Assembly (NCBI GenBank): GCA_020722265.1
Contig: DYLA01000004.1
Location: 1-42,080 of the forward strand
DNA length: 42,080 bases
Direction of reading: 5' to 3'
Source of the DNA: Anaerolinea sp.
GTDB lineage: Bacteria; Chloroflexota; Anaerolineae; UBA4142
The notes under the pieces are model-generated. The model was not told the DNA's origin. It saw only the letters and a program-made list of their open reading frames with translations, and searched no databases. The translations under genes and the position numbers were made by a program. This document shows positions 24,699-33,833 of this stretch, piece after piece (the stretch's first letter is position 1; every line of letters begins with the position of its first letter).

Positions 24699-26312
24699 TT
24701 AATCCACGCGCATTACCAACCCCTCGTTCGGCGCGACCTCAAGATGCTGCAAGTCCACGTGACCGCGCCGCTGCATATCCGTCGCCATCTCGATGCGTGC
24801 TGTGCGCGCGACACGCGACAGATCGAGCGTGTGCGCCCGCGCGCCGAAATTCAGCGCGATGAGAAAGCGCGCCGCGCCCTCCGCCGTTCGCTCGTACGCG
24901 AAAATATCCGCCGCGCCCACGTCCACTGAACGATAGTCGCCAATGCACAACGCCGGCTCGGCGCGGCGCAAGCGCGTGAGCGCGCGATACAAACTCAGCA
25001 TCGAAGTCGGGTCTTGCGCTTGTCGCGCAACGTTGCGCGTCGCGTAATCGGGCGCAATCGGCAGCCAGGGTGTCACGCCGGCGCGCGTAAAGCCAGCGTT
25101 CGGGCTGGCGTCCCATTGCATCGGTGTTCGCTCTGGATCGCGTCCGACGATGGGCGCGATTTCCGGTTGATTGAGCGCGGGCGGGTCTTGGACGAACTCC
25201 GGCGGAATCGGCACATCCTCCATTCCGATTTCTTCGCCTTGGTACGTCGTTGGCGTGCCGCGCAGCGTGAGCAAGAGCATATTGGCGACGCGCGCTTGCG
25301 CTTGCCCGATGCGCGTCGCGACGCGATGGCGGTCGTGATTGCCGAGCACCCAGTTGCCCCACGCGCCGGGCGGCAGCGCGGCTGCGTAGGCGTCCACCGC
25401 GCGCCGGACGATTTGCGCGTCCCAGGGAAGGCGGATGAGTTGAAAGTTGAACGGCAGATGACATTCGTCCAGATGCTCGCCATAGTACTTGGCGAGTTCT
25501 TCGTTTGGTAGGTACGTTTCACCGACCATCACGCGGTCGGGGTACTCGTCCAGCGTGGCGCGCATCTGGCGAACGATGGCGTGGATGCCGTCTACGTTGC
25601 GGGAGTAGATGTGCCGCAGACGATAGTAGGGCTCGATGCCATCCCAGTTGGGATCGAGGGGTTCGTCGCGCAGTTGCGCGTCCTTGAGCAGATGGGTAAT
25701 CACGTCCACGCGAAAGCCGTCCACGCCGCGCGCGAGCCAAAAGCGCATCACGTCGAGTATCGCCGGCAGAACCTCCGGGTGGCGATAGTTCAAATCGGGC
25801 TGCTCTTTGACGAAGGTATGCAGGTAGTATTGCCCGGTGTGCGCGTCGAACTCCCACGCCGAGCCGCCAAAGTGGCTGAGCCAGTTGTTCGGCGGTCCGC
25901 CATCCGGCGCGGGATCGCGCCAGATGTACCAATCGCGCTTGGGGTTGTCGCGACTCGAACGACTCTCGATGAACCAGGGGTGTTCGTCGGAGGTGTGATT
26001 CGGCACGAGATCGAGGAGGACGCGCAAGCCGCGCGCGTGCGCCGCGTGCAACAGGCGGTCGAAATCCGCGAGCGTGCCAAAGAGCGGGTGGATGGCGCAA
26101 TAGTCGGACACGTCGTAGCCAAAGTCGCGCATCGGCGAGGGGTAGATCGGCGAAATCCAGATGGCGTCAATGCCGAGCGACACGAGATAATCGAGCCGCG
26201 CGGTGATGCCGGGCAAATCGCCGATGCCGTCGCCGTTGCTGTCTTGAAACGAACGCGGGTAGATTTGGTAGATGATGCCGCGCTGCCACCAGGGGAATTT
26301 CTCGATGAGCAT
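24699..26312 (-). CDS. Alpha-glucosidase, GH13
   Basis: YQIYPRSFQDSNGDGIGDL, DLVPNHTS, GVDGFRVDV, VGE, NHD. Confidence 0.93.
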   Translation of the reverse strand: MLIEKFPWWQRGIIYQIYPRSFQDSNGDGIGDLPGITARLDYLVSLGIDAIWISPIYPSPMRDFGYDVSDYCAIHPLFGTLADFDRLLHAAHARGLRVLLDLVPNHTSDEHPWFIESRSSRDNPKRDWYIWRDPAPDGGPPNNWLSHFGGSAWEFDAHTGQYYLHTFVKEQPDLNYRHPEVLPAILDVMRFWLARGVDGFRVDVITHLLKDAQLRDEPLDPNWDGIEPYYRLRHIYSRNVDGIHAIVRQMRATLDEYPDRVMVGETYLPNEELAKYYGEHLDECHLPFNFQLIRLPWDAQIVRRAVDAYAAALPPGAWGNWVLGNHDRHRVATRIGQAQARVANMLLLTLRGTPTTYQGEEIGMEDVPIPPEFVQDPPALNQPEIAPIVGRDPERTPMQWDASPNAGFTRAGVTPWLPIAPDYATRNVARQAQDPTSMLSLYRALTRLRRAEPALCIGDYRSVDVGAADIFAYERTAEGAARFLIALNFGARAHTLDLSRVARTARIEMATDMQRRGHVDLQHLEVAPNEGLVMRVD

Positions 26313-26318
26313 TTTCTC

Positions 26319-27710
26319 CTAGTTCCAAAAAGTAGGAAGATATTCGCGATACGTCGTCAGGTAATCGTCCAGGATTTGCTGTGCCACGTCCAGATCGGTG
26401 ATGGTCGGACTGAGCAGGAGACATTGGCGCGCGGTTTGCCGGTCGCCGTGCAGCACCGCGTCCACCCCCAGACGCGCCGCAGTGATTTCGCGCCGGCACA
26501 ATTCGGCAATCGGCTCGGGCAGCGCGCCGACGCTGAGGCCGCGCACGCCCGCGCCGGTCAAGACGCCGGGCACTTCGACGATCGCGCCGCCGGGCAGATT
26601 CGTGATGCAGCCGTCGTTCGGCACGTTCACCGCGAGCCAGTACCGATTCTCTGCGCCGGCGACACTTTCGATCACTTCGGCGGCGCCTTCGCTCTCGACG
26701 TTTCGCAGCGTGTCAATGCCGAGCGCGCCCGTGCCCATCTGCGCGATTCTCTCGCGCCCTTCGTCGCGTTGGCGACTGCGCGCGTCCCATTCGTAGAGTC
26801 CGATGGCGTACTTGTCCCAGGGCTTGGTGAGCGGGTCGCTGAGCCAGGGGAGGTACTCGCAAAGGTGCTGATCGCCCGGGATGGGGAACAGACCGAACGC
26901 GTCGAAGACGCGGCGTGTGAGCGGCTCAAAGTTCGGGTCGAAGGTTGCCCAGCGTTCGCGAAAGAGGGGATAGAGATCGCGCCCGGTGGCTTTTTCGCGG
27001 AGGGCGAGCATCCAGGTAAAGTGGTTGAGCCCAGCGGCTTGGATGTCCAGCAAGCGCAGGGCTTGGTCGCGAACGTGATGGCGCGGCGGCATCGTGGCGA
27101 TGGAGGCGCGCGTGTCCGTAAAGCCGGCGGGGACGTGTATCCCCAGATCGTCCGCCAGCACCTTGCCGACCATCGCGTACCCCGCGCCGATTTGATGACA
27201 CAGTCCGACGACGCGGATCGCGCTGTAGCGCGCGATCGCGTCGCAGATGCGCTGCATCGGATTCGTAAAGTTGATGAAGAGCGCGTTCGGACAAATCTGC
27301 TCCATTGCGCGGACGATCTCCATAATCGGCGTGAGGTTGCGTGCGGCGTGCGCGAATCCGCCCGGTCCGCCGTTTTCGGCGTAGGGTTGGCGAACGCCGT
27401 ACTTGAGGGGGATTTCGAAATCAGATTTCCAGAGGGTCTCGCGCGGCGTCACTTCGATGGCGCAGATGACGAACGCCGCGTCGCGCAAGGCGTCGGCGTG
27501 GTGCGTGTGCGCGGTGATGGTCATTTGCGCGCGCCAAGCGGTGTTGATGCGGCGCGCCAGACGTTCGACGCGCGCGAGCGTTTCGGCGTCGCGATCCACG
27601 AGCGCGAGGTGAGAGCCGCGCAAGCGTTCGCTCCGCAGTAGCGTGGCGAGGGTGTTCAGACCGAACACGTCGCTCCCCGCGCCGATGGCAACGATTTTGG
27701 TGGGTAGCAT
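26319..27710 (-). CDS. NAD-dependent glycoside hydrolase family 4 (alpha-galactosidase/glucosidase)
   Basis: IGAGS, ENGGPGG, NFTNPM, GLCH, AGLNHF, HLCEY, VEVP. Confidence 0.92.
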   Translation of the reverse strand: MLPTKIVAIGAGSDVFGLNTLATLLRSERLRGSHLALVDRDAETLARVERLARRINTAWRAQMTITAHTHHADALRDAAFVICAIEVTPRETLWKSDFEIPLKYGVRQPYAENGGPGGFAHAARNLTPIMEIVRAMEQICPNALFINFTNPMQRICDAIARYSAIRVVGLCHQIGAGYAMVGKVLADDLGIHVPAGFTDTRASIATMPPRHHVRDQALRLLDIQAAGLNHFTWMLALREKATGRDLYPLFRERWATFDPNFEPLTRRVFDAFGLFPIPGDQHLCEYLPWLSDPLTKPWDKYAIGLYEWDARSRQRDEGRERIAQMGTGALGIDTLRNVESEGAAEVIESVAGAENRYWLAVNVPNDGCITNLPGGAIVEVPGVLTGAGVRGLSVGALPEPIAELCRREITAARLGVDAVLHGDRQTARQCLLLSPTITDLDVAQQILDDYLTTYREYLPTFWN

Positions 27711-27782
27711 CGAACACTCCGTGTGAGACGACTTGCGATGGCGTGAGATGGACTCATTATATCACGGCGCACGCGGAATGAT

Positions 27783-27824
27783 AAAAACGTGCGACGCACC
27801 CGCGCGGATGCGTCGCACGTTTTT
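27783..27824. terminator. Intrinsic terminator for the 27835-29445 gene
   Basis: AAAAACGTGCGACGCA / TGCGTCGCACGTTTTT inverted repeat 10 bp after the stop. Confidence 0.8.
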
Positions 27825-27834
27825 GCACTTTGGC

Positions 27835-29445
27835 TTACTTGCCCGGTGTCACCGTGGGGGTGAGTGTCGCTGTCGGCGTGATGGTGGTGGTCGGCACGGG
27901 CGGTTCTTTGTAGCCGGCAAAACTCACGTCGTCGAGATTCAGCAAGAACTCGCGATTGCCGAAGGCCCATTTTTTCCAGCCGCGCAAATAAATCGTCAGT
28001 GTCTCCGCCGGCGCGAAGAGGACGGTGCTGAACGAATTCATCTTTGTCGGTGATTCGCGATAGTCGGTGTGTCCCCAGGGAATCACCTGCCAGTTGTCCA
28101 CGTCGTTCCAGCGCGCGCACGCTGGGTCTGCGCCGATGAGATAGCCCCACTGCGCCGCGTAACTCCAATCGTCGAGTTGCTCCACTTTTTCGAACTCGCT
28201 GACGCGCAACACCCCTTGCGCGCTCAAATAGTACGACGCGTTCGGCGTCAGTCCGCTGACGATCTGGCAGATGCCGGCAAAGCGATCCGCTTCCTGATAC
28301 GGGTCGTGTTCGCCGTGCCCGATGGTGCTGATCTCGATCAACTGCGAGTGCTTGCCGCTGGAGACGACCGGCGCCCAGGTGTCATCGTAGAGTTGGTGGA
28401 TGACGTTGCGCCCGCCGTTGTTGAACCATTCCCACTTGAGGGCGACGCCGTCGGAACGAAAGCCCCCTTCAAAGTCGCCGTTCGCGAGGAATTCGACAAT
28501 CGGGACGACCTTGACCGACTGGGTGATCGTCGTCGTCTTGCCCAGGGCGTTCGTCACCTCGACCTTGAGCGTGCGCGTACCGGTGAACAGCGGTGTCCAG
28601 AGGAAATCAATCTGCTTCGTCAGTGGTCCGACGGCGTGCGTCTGGCTCGCAATCAATTTGTCTTCGTCGAATAGTTTCACCTGCGGCGCGCCGACCGCGT
28701 CGGAGAGGTTGACGCGAACGCGGAATGGTTTGGTCGTGTAAACAAAAGTCGGAGGGATCATCTCGACCGTCGGCGCTGCGCCTTCGGTAGGGATCGCGCC
28801 GACGAGACTGATCCCATCGAGGTTGACGTAGAGATCGCGCCCGTAGGTGGCGAACTTTTTGAGGACGCGGATGAAGAGAGTGATTTTGTTCGTTGGTGCG
28901 GTAAAGGTCGTTGTGAAATGCGAGAGGGGTCCGGGGCGTTGCCAATCGTAGGTGTCTTGCCAAGGTAGCGTCTTCCAATCTACCGCGCCCCAATCGGTAC
29001 CGCCGAAGGGATCAATTCCCCACTGGACGACGTACGCCCAGTTGTTCATATCCGGATCGGTGGGCAGCACGCGCAACATCCCGTGCAGTGTCAACGTGTA
29101 GGGCGTTCCCGCGACGACGGCGATGGTTTGGTAGATGCCGGCGTAGCGTTCCGGCTCGACGACATAGTACGGCATCGTGCTGATCTGGATGAGTTGCGAG
29201 TGTTTGCCGTTGAACGCGAACGCCGGGGCAGTGTCGTCTTGAAAGTGGTAGAACGCGTTGCCGCCGTTTTCAAAGCCGACCCAGTTGAGCGCGACGCCAT
29301 TCGCGCCAAACCCCTCTTCGAAATTGCCGTTGCTGAGGCGTTCGCCATAGCCACCGGCAGCGGTCACGGCGAACGTCAAGCCGAGCGCGAGCGCGAGCAG
29401 GGCGAGATAGAAAAACACGCGATACGGATTTGGGTGTGCGAACAT
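27835..29445 (-). CDS. Secreted protein with duplicated carbohydrate-binding-like domain, central Ig-like domain and T/P tail
   Basis: Signal/TM; internal repeat LSNGNFEEGF..GVALNW vs LANGDFEGGF..GVALKW, GKHSQLI twice, LDGIS/LDDVS; PTTTITPTATLTPT tail. Confidence 0.7.
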   Translation of the reverse strand: MFAHPNPYRVFFYLALLALALGLTFAVTAAGGYGERLSNGNFEEGFGANGVALNWVGFENGGNAFYHFQDDTAPAFAFNGKHSQLIQISTMPYYVVEPERYAGIYQTIAVVAGTPYTLTLHGMLRVLPTDPDMNNWAYVVQWGIDPFGGTDWGAVDWKTLPWQDTYDWQRPGPLSHFTTTFTAPTNKITLFIRVLKKFATYGRDLYVNLDGISLVGAIPTEGAAPTVEMIPPTFVYTTKPFRVRVNLSDAVGAPQVKLFDEDKLIASQTHAVGPLTKQIDFLWTPLFTGTRTLKVEVTNALGKTTTITQSVKVVPIVEFLANGDFEGGFRSDGVALKWEWFNNGGRNVIHQLYDDTWAPVVSSGKHSQLIEISTIGHGEHDPYQEADRFAGICQIVSGLTPNASYYLSAQGVLRVSEFEKVEQLDDWSYAAQWGYLIGADPACARWNDVDNWQVIPWGHTDYRESPTKMNSFSTVLFAPAETLTIYLRGWKKWAFGNREFLLNLDDVSFAGYKEPPVPTTTITPTATLTPTVTPGK

Positions 29446-29501
29446 AGATGCCTCCGGGCGAGATGTGAAACGTCAAGCGAAACGCGTGGGGCGTTGGCGC
29501 T

Positions 29502-29855
29502 TTACGTTTTTCTCTTTTCGAGTTTGGCGCGCAGTTTGGCTTCGTGTGCGGCGCGCGCGTTTTCCGGCAGCACGCGTCCGACGTAGCGGGAGCGTGTGCG
29601 TCCACCTTCTTTCCAATAAGCGTACCAATAGGGACCGTGTGGGCAACGCGTGCAATTCGCTTTGCCGCAGCGGACGGTTTCGTAGCGGAAGGTGATCGAA
29701 CCAAAGGTCTGTTGCGCGTGGACGGCGGGGCGCGCCAAACTGGCGCGGCGTTCCTGAACGACGCGGCGCAATCGTTCATCAATCGCGCGCAGTTGTTCCA
29801 GTTCTTTCTCGCTGAGTTGCGTCAGAGGGTTGGAGGTTTGCTTTTTGCGTGGCAT
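29502..29855 (-). CDS. Small basic Zn-binding protein (DUF6788-like)
   Basis: RCGKANCTRCPHGPYWY...KEGGRTRSRYV. Confidence 0.7.
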   Translation of the reverse strand: MPRKKQTSNPLTQLSEKELEQLRAIDERLRRVVQERRASLARPAVHAQQTFGSITFRYETVRCGKANCTRCPHGPYWYAYWKEGGRTRSRYVGRVLPENARAAHEAKLRAKLEKRKT

Positions 29856-29969
29856 AAGTTGACCGGCTGGGCTTGGCCTCGCTTGCGCATCCACGCGGTA
29901 GGAGGGGGAGTGGTAGGAGCGATTGTGACTCCATTGGGCTTATCCGAGAGCGCAGGTGCGACCGCGAGG

Positions 29970-30011
29970 CTTAGGTAACTACATTATAGCACACGTTACC
30001 TAAGAGGTCAA
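29970..30011 (-). promoter_or_regulatory. Strong promoter with flanking operator-like inverted repeat
   Basis: TTGACC-N17-TATAAT (extended TG); perfect 10-bp IR CTTAGGTAAC-N15-GTTACCTAAG straddling the -10 box. Confidence 0.7.
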
Positions 30012-30158
30012 GGGGGAAATCTGGTGATTGCACATATCTGTTGCGCGGGCAGCCTGCCCGCTAGACCCGCGAGCGAGCCGCTTGCCCCACATTGAGATGT
30101 GTACAATCACCAGAAGCATTTGGTTGCGGCTATGCCGCATTATGCTATAATTGCCGCT

Positions 30159-32042
30159 ATGAAACGAGCATGCGAAACGATCGTAGGGTTGGCATTGCTG
30201 CTGCTCGCCGCCGCGCTGCGATTCTACCGACTCGACGCGCCAGACCTGTGGGGCGACGAGGCGTTCAGCATCTGGTTGAGCCAGCAACCGCTCGAGCGCG
30301 TAGTTGCCGGCGCGGCAGACACGCATCCACCCTTCTACCCGCTGCTCCTGTTCTTCTGGCTGCGCGTCGTCGGGGCGAGCGCGTTCGCCACGCGCGCGCT
30401 CGCCGCGCTGACGGGTATTCTCGCCGTTCCGCTGATTTTCGTTTTCGCGCGGCGCATCACTGCGCGTGCGCGCGTCGCGTGGTTTGCCGCGCTCCTGGCA
30501 GCAGTCTCGCCTCTCTTGATCTACTATAGTCAAGAGGCGCGGATGTATGAACTCGTCGCCGTGCTGGCGCTCGCGTCGAGTTATTTTGCCGCGCGCGTGT
30601 TGGAGCGGGGACGCGACGCAGGCGCGTATTTCGTCTCGACCGCGCTCGCGGTGTACACGCACTACTCGGCCTTCTTCAGCCTCGCCGCGCAAAATCTCTT
30701 CGCGCTCGCGCGGCTGCGGCGGGATCGTGCCGCGTGGTGGCGCTGGGTCGCGCTCCAAATCGCGCTCGTGCTCGCGTACGTCCCTTGGATTCTCGCGCAA
30801 GCCGGTTTTTTGCGCGGCAAGGCAAGCGCGCGCTGGGACGAATGGACCTGGCGCGGCGTCGAGATGATTTTTGGCAAAACGTTTCTCGCGTTCGGCATCG
30901 GCTTGACGCTCGATGCGCCACTCGCGCAGGTTTCGGCAGCCGCATTTCTGTTTTTTGCCGCGCTCGGCGCGTTCGCCATCTGGCGCGCGCGCGAACACTC
31001 GGCATGGCTCGCGCCGCTGTGCTTCGGCGTGCCGGTCGTGATCGCGTACCTCATCAACCCCGTGATGCCGTTCTTCTTCGAGCGCTACGTTCTCGTCGCA
31101 CTCCCCGGTTTCCTCGTCACGGTCGCGTTCGGATTGGACGCGCTCGCCACGCGCAGTTTTCGCGCAGCCATCGTCGCGACGATGGTGTTGCTGCTCGTCA
31201 ACGTGTTGGCGCTCGACAACTATTACCACAGCGAGGCGTACGCCAAAGGCAAGTACGGCAAGATGATGGCGTACGTCGCGGCGCGCGCACAGCCGGGCGA
31301 CGCGCTCATCCTAAACAATCCGCTGCAAAAACCGCTCTACCAGTACTATGCGCCGCGCGATGTGCCGGCGTTCTTCCTGCCCGATGGCGCGCCGCTGGAA
31401 GACCCGCAGACGCGGCAGCACCTCGCCGAGATTGCGGACGCGCACACGCGTCTGTGGCTGGTGATGTTCGGCAACCCGGCGGAGTACGATCCGACCGGTT
31501 ATCTGGAACGCTGGCTCGGCGCGCACGCGTTCCGCGCCTACTCCGATGGCTGGGTAGACGCGCGGCTCAGTCTGTACGTGATGCCGCGCGCCCAAACCGC
31601 GATTGGGCGCGACGCGCGCGCGACGCTCGGCGAGTACATCCAACTCATCGGCTATGCGCTCGACCGCGCGGAGATTTCGCCGGGAGAAACGCTCTTGCTG
31701 ACGCTGCGGTGGCAAACGACTGCGCCGCTGGACAAACGTTACACGGTCTTCACACACCTCATCGGCGAAACGAATCCGGCAACGCACTCGCCGGTGTGGG
31801 CGCAGATGGATAGCGAGCCGGTCGGCGGCTCGCGCCCGACGACGACGTGGCAGCCCGGCGAGACGATGGACGATCATTATGGTTTGCTCCTGCCCAAGGC
31901 CGCGCCGCCCGGCGAGTACCAAATCGAAATTGGAATGTACGATACAGCAACGCGCGTGCGCCTGCCGGTGTACGCTGCCGACGGCGCGCGCGTGCCGGAG
32001 GATCGCGTGCTGCTCGGCGCGGTACGCGTCAAGGCGCGGTAG
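30159..32042 (+). CDS. GT-C (ArnT/PMT-like) glycosyltransferase with C-terminal extracellular beta domain
   Basis: LWGDEA, HPPFY, YSQEARMY, ERY; C-terminal YTVFTHL...WAQMD..P; TGCTATAAT 7 nt before the ATG. Confidence 0.85.
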   Translation: MKRACETIVGLALLLLAAALRFYRLDAPDLWGDEAFSIWLSQQPLERVVAGAADTHPPFYPLLLFFWLRVVGASAFATRALAALTGILAVPLIFVFARRITARARVAWFAALLAAVSPLLIYYSQEARMYELVAVLALASSYFAARVLERGRDAGAYFVSTALAVYTHYSAFFSLAAQNLFALARLRRDRAAWWRWVALQIALVLAYVPWILAQAGFLRGKASARWDEWTWRGVEMIFGKTFLAFGIGLTLDAPLAQVSAAAFLFFAALGAFAIWRAREHSAWLAPLCFGVPVVIAYLINPVMPFFFERYVLVALPGFLVTVAFGLDALATRSFRAAIVATMVLLLVNVLALDNYYHSEAYAKGKYGKMMAYVAARAQPGDALILNNPLQKPLYQYYAPRDVPAFFLPDGAPLEDPQTRQHLAEIADAHTRLWLVMFGNPAEYDPTGYLERWLGAHAFRAYSDGWVDARLSLYVMPRAQTAIGRDARATLGEYIQLIGYALDRAEISPGETLLLTLRWQTTAPLDKRYTVFTHLIGETNPATHSPVWAQMDSEPVGGSRPTTTWQPGETMDDHYGLLLPKAAPPGEYQIEIGMYDTATRVRLPVYAADGARVPEDRVLLGAVRVKAR

Positions 32043-32045
32043 AGA

Positions 32046-33833
32046 ATGAACGCGGCGACGACGCAAACATCTGCGCGGCGATGGCGATTGGGCTTCCTGG
32101 GTATAGCCGCGTGGTTACTGCTCTTTATTTTGTGGCGCTTGCCGCAAATGTCGGCGCAGGACGACTACGCCGGCATCACCGCGCTGTGGATACTCGCGGG
32201 CGTCGCGTACGCGCTCGGCGTCGCGTCACCGGGAACAGCGCGGGGCGAGAGGCGCGCGGGGTGGTGCGCGCGCCCGTGCACCGCGCTCGCGCTTTTGGCG
32301 ATTGCGCTGCTCGCGCTCGTTTTGCGTGTGTGGGAGATCGGAACGATTCCCTTTACCCTTGCCGGCGACGAGGCGTCGCAAGGGCTGGAAGCGATCCGCA
32401 TCATCGAGGGAGAGATTCGCAGTCCATTCGTCACCGGTTGGTACGGCGTACCGACGCTCAGTTTCTTTTTCAACAGCCTCACCCTGCGCGCGTTCGGTTA
32501 CACGACGACGGCGCTGCGCCTCCCGTGGGCGCTCGTCGGCGTCGCGGCGGTACTCGTCACGTTCTGGCTGGTGACGCGGCTCAAGGGCGTTCGCTTGGGC
32601 CTCATCACTGCCGCGCTCGTCGCACTGTATCACTATCACATTCACTATTCGCGGCTCGGCTCGAACCAGATTGCGGACACGTTGTTCGTTTCGCTCGCGC
32701 TCTTTTTCTTTTGGCGCGCGCGGCAGTGCAACCGCCACTTGGATTGGGCGGGCGCGGGCGCGGTGTGTGGACTCGCCCTCTACTTTTACGCCGGCGCGCG
32801 CCTCGCGCCGATCGTTCTCGCGGCAGTGGTGTTATACTTGACCGCGTACGACTATCCACGATTCTGGCGCGAGCAACGCGGTGGTCTGCTCGTCGCGCTG
32901 GGCGCGTTTGTCATCGTCGGCGCGCCGATTTTGCAATACGCGCTCGCCTTCCCCGGCGAATTTCACGGGCGCGTGTTCGACACCGGCATCATTCAAAGCG
33001 GCTGGTTGGCTAACGAGACCGTCAAGACCGGTCTGAGCATTCCAACGCTGTTGTGGAATCAGTTTTTGCGCGGCACGCTCGCGTTCAATGTCTATCCCGA
33101 TACGCGCGTGTGGTACGGTTTGCGCACGCCGCTGCTCGATCCATTCTTCGGCGCGCTTTTTCTGCTGGGGCTGGGGTACGGCACCGTACGCGCCCTCGCG
33201 CCGCGCGGCGACCGGCGTCTCTTTCCGATGGTCGCGTGGTGGTGGGGCGGCGCGCTGCTGGGTGGGATGCTCACCGAAAGTCCACCGTCGAGTCAGCGAC
33301 TCATCACACTCTCCGTACCGACGTGCTTTTTCATCGCGCTCGCGCTGACGCGCCTCGGCGCGCTCTGCCGACGCGTGACGCGGCGATTTCCGACGAGACT
33401 TTATCTGGTTGGTGCGGTCATACTCTTTGGCGCGATCAGTCTCAACACGTATTTCGTAGATTACACCCCGCGCCGAATCTACGGCGGCTGGCTCGCGGAA
33501 GCCGCGACGATGCTCGCGCCGCGTCTGAACGAACTCAAGGCGACGCATCGCATCTATTTCGTCGGCGCGCCGACGGCGTACTGGGGCTTTGCGACCTTTC
33601 CCTTTCTCGTCCCCGCCGCCGACGCGCGCGATCTACTCGAACCGCTCCCGCAGCCCGTTCCGTCCGATTGGGTGACGCGCGAGCGCGGCGCCACCTTCAT
33701 CTTCGTCGCGGCGCGAATGTCCGAACTGAAATTCGCGCAAGCCACGTTCCCGCGCGGCGAGTTGCAAGAAATTCGCGCGGCAGAGGATAATCGCGTGCTC
33801 GCGCTGCTCTATGTGGTGCCGCCCAACCGATGA
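32046..33833 (+). CDS. GT-C (ArnT/PMT-like) glycosyltransferase
   Basis: LAGDEA, ALRLP, HIHYSRLG, YFYAGAR, PLLDP, SSQR. Confidence 0.85.
   Translation: MNAATTQTSARRWRLGFLGIAAWLLLFILWRLPQMSAQDDYAGITALWILAGVAYALGVASPGTARGERRAGWCARPCTALALLAIALLALVLRVWEIGTIPFTLAGDEASQGLEAIRIIEGEIRSPFVTGWYGVPTLSFFFNSLTLRAFGYTTTALRLPWALVGVAAVLVTFWLVTRLKGVRLGLITAALVALYHYHIHYSRLGSNQIADTLFVSLALFFFWRARQCNRHLDWAGAGAVCGLALYFYAGARLAPIVLAAVVLYLTAYDYPRFWREQRGGLLVALGAFVIVGAPILQYALAFPGEFHGRVFDTGIIQSGWLANETVKTGLSIPTLLWNQFLRGTLAFNVYPDTRVWYGLRTPLLDPFFGALFLLGLGYGTVRALAPRGDRRLFPMVAWWWGGALLGGMLTESPPSSQRLITLSVPTCFFIALALTRLGALCRRVTRRFPTRLYLVGAVILFGAISLNTYFVDYTPRRIYGGWLAEAATMLAPRLNELKATHRIYFVGAPTAYWGFATFPFLVPAADARDLLEPLPQPVPSDWVTRERGATFIFVAARMSELKFAQATFPRGELQEIRAAEDNRVLALLYVVPPNR

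Noticed and set aside
25581-27641. 686-aa plus-strand ORF
   Set aside because: Antisense shadow of the GH13 and GH4 genes
29502-29855. Insertion sequence around the DUF6788-like gene
   Set aside because: No transposase, terminal repeats or target duplication visible
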